A stretch of 64,000 nt of DNA from Nitrospirales bacterium. GTDB taxonomy: Bacteria > Nitrospirota > Nitrospiria > Nitrospirales > UBA8639. Positions 42,366 to 52,860 of the stretch are shown here, piece after piece. The notes below the pieces were generated by a model, which searched no databases, was not told the DNA's origin, and saw only the letters and a list, made by a program, of their open reading frames with translations. Numbering within the stretch: position 1 is the first letter of the stretch; each line of letters starts with the position of its first letter. Position numbers and translations under genes: made by a program. The stretch lies in assembly GCA_963555755.3 (NCBI GenBank), contig OY820905.2:672001-736000 (forward strand). Reading direction: 5' to 3'.

Positions 42366-44114
42366 CTAATTGACCGCGACAGTTTGACTTTTAGTGGATC
42401 GGGATTTGGAAGATCGAGGATCGAAGAGTTTAATGAGATCAAGATCTTCTTCCTCTTCAATGGTGATGGGAGTCAAGGAAAGGTCAGTATACAGCTTCCG
42501 ATTCGGATCAGTTTTGACCCGACGTCGAATCTTGGCATACTGGAGAACGAGTTTTAAAAACCGCCCGTGATCGCGAATAACCTCCCACAGTCGTTTGGGA
42601 TAGAACACCAAGGGGTGTTCAATGGGAAAGGTCGGACGCCGTTGAGTTCGAACCTTCCGGCGCATATACCCATTTTCCAAAGGATGCAAATGGTTAATGA
42701 AAATACCACCGTAAAACCATAAAATCAGAAACATCATATTGCCAACGCTCATATGCCGCGCGGCGGCCCGGCGCATCAACGTTTCCACATGTTCCAACGT
42801 ATAATATTGTTTCCAGGCATTATCATAGGCCTGATTCCACTCGGCTGCCGTCATTTTTGGATGATCGGTGGTCACGTATTCTAAGGTATACTTGTTCATA
42901 TCCGTTTCCATCCGTACACCTTGGGCATAAAGCTTCTGATGATCTTCGGACCCAGGCAACGGAGTCAGACAGAAAAATTCCAACAAATCAACCGGCAATT
43001 CCTTTTTTATAATTTCAATATCCCGCGCGATCGACTCAGGCGTGTCCCCAGGAAATCCCAGAATATACCCTGCATAGGTCATACACCCCTGCTCTTTCCA
43101 GGCCTGAAGCATTTGGCGATATTCCCAAATTTTGTTCTGATGTTTTTTGGCCGCTTTAAGATTATCTGGATTGATATTTTCCAACCCGATAAAGACCCGT
43201 TTACATCCCGCGCGTGAGGCTTTTTCAATAAAATTCGGAAGGCGATGGCACAAGGCATCGACCTGAATGATAAACTTAATATTGAGACCTTCTCCTTCCC
43301 GGAGCTGTATCAACCGATCGAAGATCGCCTCCCAATTTTTATTGCGGGCAAAATCATCATCTGTGATAAAAAATCGATTGACCCCCTGGGCAAGATTCGC
43401 CCGAACAATACTTTCGACATCATCCGGCGTTCGCCACCGCGACTTTCGACCTTGGACATTGATGATGGTACAAAAACTACATTGGAAGGGGCACCCCCGT
43501 CCTGCATCCAAACTCCCCAACCCTTCAATGGTCTTCTCAAGGTATTCCTTGGGCAAGAAGGGAGCGACAGCACCAGCCAACTCAGGAAGGTCATCAAGAT
43601 AATTATAGAGCGGGTTCAGTTTTCCTTCCCACACATCACGTAACACCATATCAAACCGCCCCTCGGCTTCACCCGCATAGATCGCAATACCCATGTCCAT
43701 GGCTTTCTGAATATCAACTTGGATGTCAGGAAGCATCGAGAGACAGCCACTGACGTGAAAACCGCCAATGACAACTGGGATTCCAGCATCACGCAATGGC
43801 CGTGCGATGTCTACAGATCGCGGGAATTGGTTGGTCTGTACCCCAACGAGCCCAACCATCCCTGCGTCGGCTCGTTGAATATCACGAATGATCTTTTTAA
43901 TGGGAATGATGGTATTGGGTTCATCATACGCATCAATCACAATCTCGACATCATCCCCGAGTACTTTGCGATTCGCACAATCTAATGCGAGGCCATATAA
44001 TGTAGCCAACGTATTGGAAGGAATGATGGATCGAACCCATTGCACGACATATCCATCGTCATCATAACGAGAGGGTTTGATCAAAACGAGACGAAAGGTC
44101 TTAGAAGCACTCAT
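42366..44114 (-). CDS. B12-binding-type radical SAM protein, paralog 1
   Basis: Same motifs, same 582-aa length, colinear with neighbour. Confidence 0.88.
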   Translation of the reverse strand: MSASKTFRLVLIKPSRYDDDGYVVQWVRSIIPSNTLATLYGLALDCANRKVLGDDVEIVIDAYDEPNTIIPIKKIIRDIQRADAGMVGLVGVQTNQFPRSVDIARPLRDAGIPVVIGGFHVSGCLSMLPDIQVDIQKAMDMGIAIYAGEAEGRFDMVLRDVWEGKLNPLYNYLDDLPELAGAVAPFLPKEYLEKTIEGLGSLDAGRGCPFQCSFCTIINVQGRKSRWRTPDDVESIVRANLAQGVNRFFITDDDFARNKNWEAIFDRLIQLREGEGLNIKFIIQVDALCHRLPNFIEKASRAGCKRVFIGLENINPDNLKAAKKHQNKIWEYRQMLQAWKEQGCMTYAGYILGFPGDTPESIARDIEIIKKELPVDLLEFFCLTPLPGSEDHQKLYAQGVRMETDMNKYTLEYVTTDHPKMTAAEWNQAYDNAWKQYYTLEHVETLMRRAAARHMSVGNMMFLILWFYGGIFINHLHPLENGYMRRKVRTQRRPTFPIEHPLVFYPKRLWEVIRDHGRFLKLVLQYAKIRRRVKTDPNRKLYTDLSLTPITIEEEEDLDLIKLFDPRSSKSRSTKSQTVAVN

Positions 44115-44320
44115 AAGGATTTATTCATGGGTAATGGGGTTAAGAATGGCACAATACTAAGGTACTTTGCACCCACCTTCTACAAGAGTCACAGACCTAC
44201 CAGCGTCTATCACACTTTTTCGTCGCTGTCAACGAAATCTAGTGCTTGTTAAGGTCACAGACTACAAGGTGTTGATGGCCACTGTTCAATACCTGTCATC
44301 CTGAAACTTGAATCAATTGA

Positions 44321-44461
44321 GGGCACCTCTAAAAACCCGGCATTTTTTGTGAGGGCAAGGAAGCCGCGCGCGGAAAACCGGAGTGTATGGGCGAATACAT
44401 GAGGATTTGAGCACGCGGCTGACGCCGCCATCACGGAAAAGGACGGTTTTTAGAGGTGCCC
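44321..44461. mobile_element. MITE family C
   Basis: TIR GGGCACCTCTAAAAACC; 4-bp TSD TTGA; near-identical to 50955-51095. Confidence 0.88.
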
Positions 44462-44730
44462 TTGAGAGTTTTATTTCCCACGGCAGCCAAAGAGTCCCGA
44501 GATTACCAACTGCTGTTTTTGGTTCAACAGTCATGTAAAGAAAGAGAGATGTTTTTCCCCGCGAAAGAACCCATGCTTCTGTTCCATTTACAGCATCACC
44601 ACCCTACGCTATGATGGCCTCGACAAAAGTTGGATGTACCGCCTCTGATAACACCAAGAAACTCCTTTCAGAGGGAATCTCTACAAGGGCATGAATTGGA
44701 CCCCCAACTTTCCACTCCTCTCGTACGACC

Positions 44731-45813
44731 ATGAGAATCCTCGATCGCTATATTTATAGAGAACTCATGACCCCCTTCATCGTGAGCTTGGGGGCCCTGT
44801 GTTTCATTATGTTCACGAAGGAAATGTTGCGCCTTGTCGAGCTTTTGGTGTCAAAAGGCGCCGGGATTATGTCCGTTCTCACAATCCTGGCGCATCTGAT
44901 GCCGTCCTTTCTCGTCCTGACCTTGCCCATTGCCTGCTTGATCTCTTCTCTCACTACATTTAACCGGCTGTCCTACGACAATGAAATCATCGCCCTGCGG
45001 GCGGCCGGAGTCAGTTTGCTGCGCCTTGCCCGCCCTGTCCTTGTGTTTTCGTTTCTGGTTTTTCTGCTGACGATGTATCTTTCCCAGTGGGGACAACCGT
45101 GGTCGAATGTGTCCTTAAAACAACTGGCCATCAGCCTGATCCAAAATCAACTCACGTTGGCTCTTGACAAAGGTGTATTCAACGAACCAACCAAGGGATT
45201 GATGATTTTTGTCCCCGAACCTAAAGCTGGGAATAAAGCAAAAGGGATTTTTATCGCTGATCAACGGGATCCGTCCAAACCCCTCATCGTCACGGCGAAT
45301 ACCTTCAGCATGGTTCAGGACCTCAAACACAAACAGCTGGGCTTTCGATTGTTCGACGGCACTATTCATGCCATCCCCCGAGGCGTGACCCAACATCACC
45401 AAATAACTTTTGCGACCTACGATCTAAAAATGGACCTCCCCTCCATCTTTAATGTAACCAAACCCGGACGAAGGGAGTATGACTACCTCGTAGACAAACT
45501 CGACAAATCCGGGTGGAGGGATACCAACTCGCTCCGGCGGTTGATGGAATACTACAAGGATCTAGGGTTTCCCGTTGCGACACTCATTCTGGGAATGCTT
45601 GGACTTCCGGTGGGCATCATGTCCAAACGATCAGGTGGCATCGGAGCGTTTGCCGTGGGCATTCTGATTATGGTGGGATTTTTTCTGTTGAATGTCGTGG
45701 GAGAATTTTTCGTCACCACGCTCATTCTTCATCCGTTTGCCGGCGCGTGGTTCCCGAATGTCATTTTGCTACTCATCACCGTCATCCTTTTTTACCGAGC
45801 CAGTCAGCATTAG
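44731..45813 (+). CDS. lptF: LPS export permease LptF
   Basis: MRILDRYI, RLSYDNEIIALRAAGVS, 3+3 TM layout. Confidence 0.88.
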   Translation: MRILDRYIYRELMTPFIVSLGALCFIMFTKEMLRLVELLVSKGAGIMSVLTILAHLMPSFLVLTLPIACLISSLTTFNRLSYDNEIIALRAAGVSLLRLARPVLVFSFLVFLLTMYLSQWGQPWSNVSLKQLAISLIQNQLTLALDKGVFNEPTKGLMIFVPEPKAGNKAKGIFIADQRDPSKPLIVTANTFSMVQDLKHKQLGFRLFDGTIHAIPRGVTQHHQITFATYDLKMDLPSIFNVTKPGRREYDYLVDKLDKSGWRDTNSLRRLMEYYKDLGFPVATLILGMLGLPVGIMSKRSGGIGAFAVGILIMVGFFLLNVVGEFFVTTLILHPFAGAWFPNVILLLITVILFYRASQH

Positions 45814-45814
45814 C

Positions 45815-46906
45815 ATGGGCATTCTCTTTTGGTACATCCTCCGGCAATACCTGAGCATTTTGGTCATGTGTTTCACGGGCCTCACCTCAATCTATCTCGT
45901 TATTGATTTCTTCGAAAAACTTCGGAAATTCATTCGCTATGATGCCGAACTCACCTCGATGCTGATGTATTTCTTCTTTAAAATCCCTGAGATTTCCTTT
46001 ACGATCGCCCCGTTTGCAGCATTGATGGCCTCCCTGTTGGTCATTGGCTTCTTGCATAAAAGTCATGAAATCACTGCCATGCGAAGCTCTGGGTTTAGCC
46101 TGCTCTATTTTTCCGCTCCGTTTTTGTTCGTGGCCTCGGTGGGCACGGTTATTTTTTTCGGTTTCACCGCGATCGTGATCCCCTTGGGCAACGCAAAAGC
46201 CGAGCAAATTAAAATCGTCGAGATTCAGAAGAAACCGCAGCCACTCGCCTTTACGGCAGAAAATCTTTGGCTTCGCATACGAGACAATACCATCATGAAC
46301 GTCAAAGCAGTTTCACCCGATGGCGCGCAACTCCAATCGATTCACCTCTATCGCCTGAATTCTGATTTTCAGCTTCATCAAATGCTCTCAGCGGAAACCG
46401 TTGATTACGAGGCCACTGGGTGGACGCTTAAACACGTGGTTCAACGAACCATAACCCCGAATGGACCGGTCACCGTTGCACAGCACGAACGCATGCCCTT
46501 AGAACTATCCTTGACCCCGGAAGATCTCAAAACCTGGATTTCGTTAGAACCGGAACATATGACCCTCGGTCAACTGAGAGACCATATCACACACCTGGAA
46601 ATGGAAGGGCATAACATTACACGGTTTCTGACCGATTATTGGGGTCGCATTGCCTTTTCATCCGTGACATTGATCATGACAATTCTTGGATTATCCCTAG
46701 GCCTTCGTAGACTTGACTCACGAACTTCAAGCATGGCCATAAATATTGGGCTAGGCCTCGGCATAGGCCTTGTGTTTTGGGCTACCCATTCTGTCGGGAT
46801 TTCCCTCGGACGAAGCGGCGCACTTCTCCCCATTATTGCCGGATGGATTGCCTGTATCATGTTTCTCTTAGTCAGTTTGAATTTTTTTCTCAAAGTACGG
46901 TATTAA
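45815..46906 (+). CDS. lptG: LPS export permease LptG
   Basis: EITAMRSSG.S, 3+3 TM layout; start at ATG just after lptF stop. Confidence 0.88.
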   Translation: MGILFWYILRQYLSILVMCFTGLTSIYLVIDFFEKLRKFIRYDAELTSMLMYFFFKIPEISFTIAPFAALMASLLVIGFLHKSHEITAMRSSGFSLLYFSAPFLFVASVGTVIFFGFTAIVIPLGNAKAEQIKIVEIQKKPQPLAFTAENLWLRIRDNTIMNVKAVSPDGAQLQSIHLYRLNSDFQLHQMLSAETVDYEATGWTLKHVVQRTITPNGPVTVAQHERMPLELSLTPEDLKTWISLEPEHMTLGQLRDHITHLEMEGHNITRFLTDYWGRIAFSSVTLIMTILGLSLGLRRLDSRTSSMAINIGLGLGIGLVFWATHSVGISLGRSGALLPIIAGWIACIMFLLVSLNFFLKVRY

Positions 46907-46919
46907 CTACCCACTCATG

Positions 46920-47076
46920 AACCTAGAAACGGCAGTTGGGCGCAAAACACACGTGTAAGGTATTGGTGTGCATGGTGAAATACAAAAAGTCGTGGTCACC
47001 TCGGTGGTGATGAGACATTTTTTTATTTTGCCAGATGCGCCAAGGACTTTTGTGATCCAACTGCGGTTTCTAGGTT
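46920..47076. mobile_element. MITE family E
   Basis: TIR AACCTAGAAACGGCAGTTGG / CCAACTGCGGTTTCTAGGTT (19/20); partial relative at 52392-52480. Confidence 0.7.
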
Positions 47077-47122
47077 AAAATAACCCTCCCAGGTTGAGGT
47101 TATAGAAAGGCACAGCTCTCGC

Positions 47123-48382
47123 ATGGCACCACAGGTTGTCGTTACCGGTCTTGGCATCATCACTCCCATCGGCATTGGACTGAATCAATTTTGGAACGCA
47201 GCTATTGAAGGGCGATCTGGCATCTCCAAAATTCCCTCATTCGAAAACCTGCCGATCGATGCGTACCGGTCCCGCATCGCCGGCCAAATTCATGACTTTA
47301 ATCCGCTGGACTATATTGATGAAAAACATGCAAACCGCATTGATCGCTATGCCCAATTAGGACTCGTGGCGGCACAAGAAGCGCAGGAAGATGCAGGGCT
47401 TCACATGGAACGGGAGAATCCCGATCGAGTCGGCGTGATTGTTGGGGCGGGCATGGGGGGAATGCTGATGGGTGAGCGTGAAATCAATCACCTCTACAAC
47501 ACGAAAAAACCCAATCGCGTGCATCCAAACTTTATTCCCGCCATAACCTTGAACTCGGCGTCTGGGATTATCGCGATGGTCGTGGGAGCCCGAGGCCCCA
47601 ATCTCACCATTTCGACAGCCTGTTCATCGAGTATTCATGCCATCGGCCAAGCCATGAACACGATTCGAATGGGCAAAGCCGATGTGATGATTGCAGCCGG
47701 TGCCGATGCGAGCATCACGCCGTTGGTCTTCGCGGGATTTTGCTCTTTGCGAGCCTTGTCGAGCCGGTACAATGAACACCCCACCCAGGCCTCCCGACCC
47801 TTTGACCGCGGTCGAGACGGATTCGTTATGGGAGAGGGCGCCGGGGCCTTAATCCTGGAAACCCTACAACATGCCAAACGGCGTCGTGCACGCATTTACG
47901 CTGAGGTCGCTGGCTATGCCACCTCCAGTGAAGCGTATCATATGGTCATCCCCAAAGAAGACGGGGCTGAGATCGCCAAAACCATGCGACTGGCCCTGGA
48001 CGATGCGAAACTTCGACCAGCACAGGTTGACTATATCAATGCACATGCCACCTCGACCATGGTAGGTGACGAAGTCGAAGTTCGCGGCCTTCGTCATGTG
48101 TTCAAGAGCCGAGCCAACAAGTTATTGATTAATGCCACGAAATCGTTGATCGGCCATACCTTGGGTGCTGCCGGCGCCCTGGGTGCTATTACATCGATTA
48201 TGGCTTTGAAAACCGGCATCGTGCATCCCACACTGAATTTGGATGATCCTGATCCTGAATGCCACTTGCCTGGCATTTCAGGGGACACTCAGGAAGGTCG
48301 ATTAAAAGTCGCCATGGCCAATGCATTTGGATTTGGTAGCAATAATGGTGTATTGATCTTAAAACGTTTTGCATCTCGATAA
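47123..48382 (+). CDS. fabF: Beta-ketoacyl-ACP synthase II
   Basis: STACSSS, INAHATST, KSLIGHTLGAAG, FGFG motifs. Confidence 0.93.
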   Translation: MAPQVVVTGLGIITPIGIGLNQFWNAAIEGRSGISKIPSFENLPIDAYRSRIAGQIHDFNPLDYIDEKHANRIDRYAQLGLVAAQEAQEDAGLHMERENPDRVGVIVGAGMGGMLMGEREINHLYNTKKPNRVHPNFIPAITLNSASGIIAMVVGARGPNLTISTACSSSIHAIGQAMNTIRMGKADVMIAAGADASITPLVFAGFCSLRALSSRYNEHPTQASRPFDRGRDGFVMGEGAGALILETLQHAKRRRARIYAEVAGYATSSEAYHMVIPKEDGAEIAKTMRLALDDAKLRPAQVDYINAHATSTMVGDEVEVRGLRHVFKSRANKLLINATKSLIGHTLGAAGALGAITSIMALKTGIVHPTLNLDDPDPECHLPGISGDTQEGRLKVAMANAFGFGSNNGVLILKRFASR

Positions 48383-48455
48383 TGTCGTTATTGTGGAAAG
48401 AACCGAGAAGGCCGCTGGCTGGTTTGTTCAACAGGCCCAGGAAAGGAATAGTGGA

Positions 48456-48917
48456 ATGGCTCTAGAGTCCCCAGTTGGCAAACAAATTCGAGAAGTTCTG
48501 GCGACCTCGCTTCGACGAGATGCCTCAACGATCAAACCGGAACACCACCTTCGTGACGACCTTGGTTTGGATTCCTTAATGACCTTTGAATTGTTATATG
48601 ATTTGGAAAAAGCCTTCGATCTTGAAATTCCGAATGACGACCTCCCCGGACTTCAAACCTTGGATGATGTCGTGAAATATATCGAAGGGCGAGTGAATTC
48701 AGGTCCAAAGACCTCAGCACCAAAAACCAAAGAGAAAAAACCAGCCTCGACGAAACCAGCCAAACCCGCACAAGCCAAGAAAGCCACAGCCAAAACTCGA
48801 AAAGCCCCTGCACCGACCAAACCTCGAGCTGCCGCCACGGCAACCAAACAAGAAGCCACCACCGCCTCATCCAAAAAACGTACGACCACCTCAAAACGTA
48901 AAGTCATCAAGAAATGA
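48456..48917 (+). CDS. Acyl carrier protein with Lys/Ala/Thr/Pro-rich C-terminal tail
   Basis: DLGLDSL phosphopantetheine motif, LEKAFDLEIP; ~70-aa basic low-complexity tail. Confidence 0.85.
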   Translation: MALESPVGKQIREVLATSLRRDASTIKPEHHLRDDLGLDSLMTFELLYDLEKAFDLEIPNDDLPGLQTLDDVVKYIEGRVNSGPKTSAPKTKEKKPASTKPAKPAQAKKATAKTRKAPAPTKPRAAATATKQEATTASSKKRTTTSKRKVIKK

Positions 48918-49990
48918 ACACACCTCCTTCCGATGGCATTTCGCTGAAACAACTTGCTGTCGCCATTACCGCTAAGCTTCAGGGCAAAGGTGACTCGCTC
49001 ATTACCGGAGTCAATAACCCCGAAGGGGCGGAGTCAGGTGACTTGACCTATCTGGGCGACGAACGGCATCTTGACACGGCACAACGTTCACGCGCCTCTG
49101 CCTTCATAGTATCGAAACATTACAAACAACTTCGTCAACCACAACTGATCGTCCCCAATCCCCAATACGCCTTTATTCAAGTCATCACCAAGTTTTTTCC
49201 ACAAGGACAACCAACGCGTGAAATTGCCAAGGACATCTGGAAAGGAAAACATGTAAAAATTGGCCGTGATGTTTCCATTGGCCCATTCGTCACTCTGGGT
49301 GATCGTGCCAAAATCGGGGATCGAGTCACGCTGTACCCTGGAGTCTTCATTGGGGAAGGCGTGAAAATTGGCCACGATTCCATTCTGTATCCACGGGTCA
49401 CGATTCTGGACCGATGTACAATCGGCGCCCACGTGATCATTCACTCGGGGACGGTCATTGGATGCGATGGATTCGGGTACCTCCAACACAAGGGACAACA
49501 TCATAAGATTCCCCAACGTGGGACAGTCGTCATTGAAAATGACGTTGAACTCGGCGCCAACGTCACCATTGATCGAGCCACGTTCGGATCCACGCGTATT
49601 CACCGAGGGTGCAAAATCGACAATCAGGTCCAAATCGCCCACAATGTGACAATAGATGAGCATTGCATTGTTGTGGCCCAAGTAGGAATCGCGGGAAGCA
49701 CCAAGGTGGGAAAACACGTGATCATCGGAGGACAAGCCGGACTCATTGATCACCTGACCATCGGTGATAAAGCGATGATTGCGGCAGGATCCGGCATTGA
49801 AAAAAGTGTGGAACCCGGGGCGATTATGTCGGGCTGGCCGGCCAAACGACACGAGGTGTCATTACGCACACACGTCTTAGTGCAACGACTTCCGGACCTG
49901 CATCAGCAAGTGGCCGCTCTTGAAAAACGGCTAGCGGTGTTAGAGGCTGCAAGCACCACGTCGAAGAACACACAACCAAAGAGACGATAG
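48914..49990 (+). CDS. lpxD: UDP-3-O-acylglucosamine N-acyltransferase
   Basis: IGCDGFGY, KIPQRG.V, IDRAT, KIDNQVQIAHNV motifs. Confidence 0.95.
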   Translation: MNTPPSDGISLKQLAVAITAKLQGKGDSLITGVNNPEGAESGDLTYLGDERHLDTAQRSRASAFIVSKHYKQLRQPQLIVPNPQYAFIQVITKFFPQGQPTREIAKDIWKGKHVKIGRDVSIGPFVTLGDRAKIGDRVTLYPGVFIGEGVKIGHDSILYPRVTILDRCTIGAHVIIHSGTVIGCDGFGYLQHKGQHHKIPQRGTVVIENDVELGANVTIDRATFGSTRIHRGCKIDNQVQIAHNVTIDEHCIVVAQVGIAGSTKVGKHVIIGGQAGLIDHLTIGDKAMIAAGSGIEKSVEPGAIMSGWPAKRHEVSLRTHVLVQRLPDLHQQVAALEKRLAVLEAASTTSKNTQPKRR

Positions 49991-49998
49991 CAACCCAT

Positions 49999-50541
49999 CT
50001 ATTTGATTCCAGTGGGCCCGGCTGGCGGAATGACCTTATGCCAGGTAAATAATTTCCCCCAAAAAAACCCTGCCCATGGAAGAAAAAACGCCGCCATATA
50101 ATCCAAGGACCCTGTACTAAAACTCCAGGCTGACAATCCAAGTAATGTCCCCATACCAAGGATAACAATCAGGGGCATCAAGCTTCGCCCCGGATGATCA
50201 AGTTCGACTTCAGCCTGTTGTTTTTTCCCGCGGGCCACACGTCGTACGGCAGAGGACTTCATCCGCGAAGCAAAAAACTCCGGATGTGTACGAAAGATAT
50301 ATCGGTGATATCGCGTCTGCCCCCAGCCAAATACAATACCAATAATCAGAAGCATGGAACTATTCGCAAACGTCCACTCATCATAGGTATCGATGATGAG
50401 TTGATAGACTAACGCCACGATACCAATCACCATGGTTAACAGACCCATCACCCCCGCAGGAAAGAGAATATACGTTCTGATGTAGATTGTGGCCTGATCG
50501 ACCTCGCTTTCTTTTTTCTTCGCGGTAATAACTTTTCCCAT
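49999..50541 (-). CDS. Hypothetical four-TM membrane protein
   Basis: Four hydrophobic segments; GGAG RBS; follows yacG. Confidence 0.7.
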   Translation of the reverse strand: MGKVITAKKKESEVDQATIYIRTYILFPAGVMGLLTMVIGIVALVYQLIIDTYDEWTFANSSMLLIIGIVFGWGQTRYHRYIFRTHPEFFASRMKSSAVRRVARGKKQQAEVELDHPGRSLMPLIVILGMGTLLGLSAWSFSTGSLDYMAAFFLPWAGFFWGKLFTWHKVIPPAGPTGIK

Positions 50542-50576
50542 ATTAATGACTTACTCCACTCGCTCAACGAACAATG

Positions 50577-50765
50577 TTAAGATTCCTGATCCTCCTGCGG
50601 GAGAGACGATGGGCTCTCTTCATCTTCTGAAACGGTATAATCTCCAGACGCCCACGCCCCTAAATCAATGACCTGGCACCGTTCGGAACAAAACGGACGA
50701 AAGGCATTCTCCTCCCACTGAACTTCACGCCGACACATAGGGCACTGCTGCATCATCGTTGGCAA
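50577..50765 (-). CDS. yacG: DNA gyrase inhibitor YacG
   Basis: CPMC...[15 protein letters not shown]. Confidence 0.92.
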   Translation of the reverse strand: MPTMMQQCPMCRREVQWEENAFRPFCSERCQVIDLGAWASGDYTVSEDEESPSSLPQEDQES

Positions 50766-50954
50766 TTATAGCAGGCCTGCTCTCAGCTTTGAACATGAAG
50801 ATTCTGGCAAATTCCACCTCCTCCTCACTCACACCCTCAGACTCATTCCAGAAAAACTTAGGAGGCAATATTTGAGAGTATAAAGATGAGGAAACCGGAA
50901 GGACGAACAAGCTGTCAACTTGCTATTGCGTACTGATCAGAGTAACGTATTTCA

Positions 50955-51095
50955 GGGCACCTCTAAAAACCAGGCATTTTTTGTGAGGGCAAGGAAGCCG
51001 CGCGCGGAAAACCGGAATGTATGGGCGAATACATGAGGATTTGAGCACGCGGCTGACGCCGCCATCACGGAAAAGGACGGTTTTTAGAGGTGCCC
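50955..51095. mobile_element. MITE family C
   Basis: Same TIR; TSD TTCA; two mismatches seen versus the 44321 copy. Confidence 0.88.
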
Positions 51096-51158
51096 TTCAG
51101 AGTATACGAGAATAAACCACTTATGAACCGAAGAAATAGGAAGGAGTCATAGTTGCCA

Positions 51159-51344
51159 ATGAAAAATGTGCAACTCATTTTTAATATTCAAGTCCCCGAT
51201 CACATTTCCGAACAAGAAGTCAGTACGCGACTCCACCAAATTATTGGCTCAATCCTTGACCAGGAGTTTGGATTATCTGGAAATGTCGCAGATCCATTCT
51301 CCTCTTCCTTTGAAGATCACGACCACCAAATTGGCCACGCCTAA
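51159..51344 (+). CDS. Small hypothetical protein
   Basis: AGGAAGGAG RBS upstream; protein-like composition. Confidence 0.45.
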   Translation: MKNVQLIFNIQVPDHISEQEVSTRLHQIIGSILDQEFGLSGNVADPFSSSFEDHDHQIGHA

Positions 51345-51847
51345 TGTTAGGCGTCTAACATCTCCCACACGACATTTTGGAAGTCAATCACCTCTTCGTG
51401 TTCCTCTTAACAACTCGCTAAACGGGAGACGAATCCGGATCATGCAGAATTTAGAGTTCTGGCAGCACAATACGATCAGGTGCCAATAAATTTATGGCAC
51501 TCCTCGTGGGTTATGTCGGCTCTCCTTTTGAGCGAATGGCGTCGTCTGGTATTTTTAGGTCGCTGCAGCATCTCATGCTGCCTCTTCCTGGCGTCATAGC
51601 CCCTTGGTCCGTGGGAAGAGGGCACGATACGATCGTGCAACTACACAAGCAAGAACGCTCACAGGAAGCAACGCCATGGCCAAGAAACTCCATGTGGCCA
51701 GAATTGGATGGCGGTAGGATAGAACCATATATTCTGTATGATCCACGAATCCCCTCTTATCACCGCCTTCCGTTTCACGAAAGCCATCGGCCGTTTTCAT
51801 GTAACAAGCACTGATGGGCTACAGGTCATGAGGAATTTCACGGTAGA

Positions 51848-52180
51848 TTAGGCAGCACTTCTAGATTGTACGTTATCCGGAACGATGTATAGCATGCTGG
51901 GTAAATCCGCCCGCTGTATCTGGTCACGCACTGAGGGTTTCGGGTTTACCACAAAGGTTTCGCCTCCAAGTTTTTTGAGCCTATGGGCGACGAGAAAAAG
52001 AATTCCCAGTCCCGATCCATCAATCGATGAGACCTGTGTTAAATCAAATGTCACTTGGGTATATCCATGGATACGACCACGCCTCAACAATTTCAACAAT
52101 TTTTGGGCGGTTTGATGATTAAAGCAGCCATGCAGTCTGATAAAAAGAACCTGATTTTGAACCAGCAGGGAAAACTTCAT
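51848..52180 (-). CDS. STAS-domain anti-sigma factor antagonist
   Basis: FDLTQVSSIDGSGLGIL motif; GGAGG RBS before ATG 52180. Confidence 0.82.
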   Translation of the reverse strand: MKFSLLVQNQVLFIRLHGCFNHQTAQKLLKLLRRGRIHGYTQVTFDLTQVSSIDGSGLGILFLVAHRLKKLGGETFVVNPKPSVRDQIQRADLPSMLYIVPDNVQSRSAA

Positions 52181-52644
52181 CAATAAAGCCTCCACGATGG
52201 TGAAAGGTGTGTACAAAAATCAACTCTTCCGAGCGCCAGATTTCATTAGGCACCCAAACTGACGTTTTGACAATTACCGAAATGACGTACATGTTATGAC
52301 CTATTTTTTTTAGCATTCGCCTTTGAATTCAGACCAACCTACTTAACTTTGGGCGTCTCGCCACCATACCAGCCCAGCTTCATCAATCTTCAACCTCAAA
52401 ACGGCAGTTGGCGCAAAACAGCCGCGCAGCCTCTTGGCGCACCCGGCACCATAAAAAACTGTCTCATCACCACCGACACCGAGTGATACTGATCACCCGG
52501 TAGAAAAGACCTAAACCAGCTCCATCCCCACCTTCAAGGAAACCCCGCCACAGAAGCGGAAACCAGTTGATTGATTAATTAGTTAGGTCCGCCGACAATG
52601 TAGCACTGAGTCACATTAGGATGTGGGGGGGTGTGACTGCCGTT

Positions 52645-52838
52645 TCCAAGACGGATGGTCTCATAGGTCACTGTAATGCCGCGTTCGGCGAGGAGGTCTT
52701 CGACATCACGGAAGCTGAGGCAGAATCGATGGTAGGGCCAAACAGCATGTCTGATAATTTCGGAAGGAAAGCGATGGCGTTGGTAACTGAGTGTTTGAAT
52801 TTTCATCACGCCAGTCTGCCAAAAGCGAGTTAAGTTGA
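52645..52838 (-). pseudogene. IS6 transposase 5' fragment
   Basis: YQRHRFPSEIIRHAVW...TYETIR homologous to the 18179 ORF; partial TIR TTAAGTTGA. Confidence 0.85.
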
Positions 52839-52860
52839 TTTGTGATTTTTTCTAGCGTTG

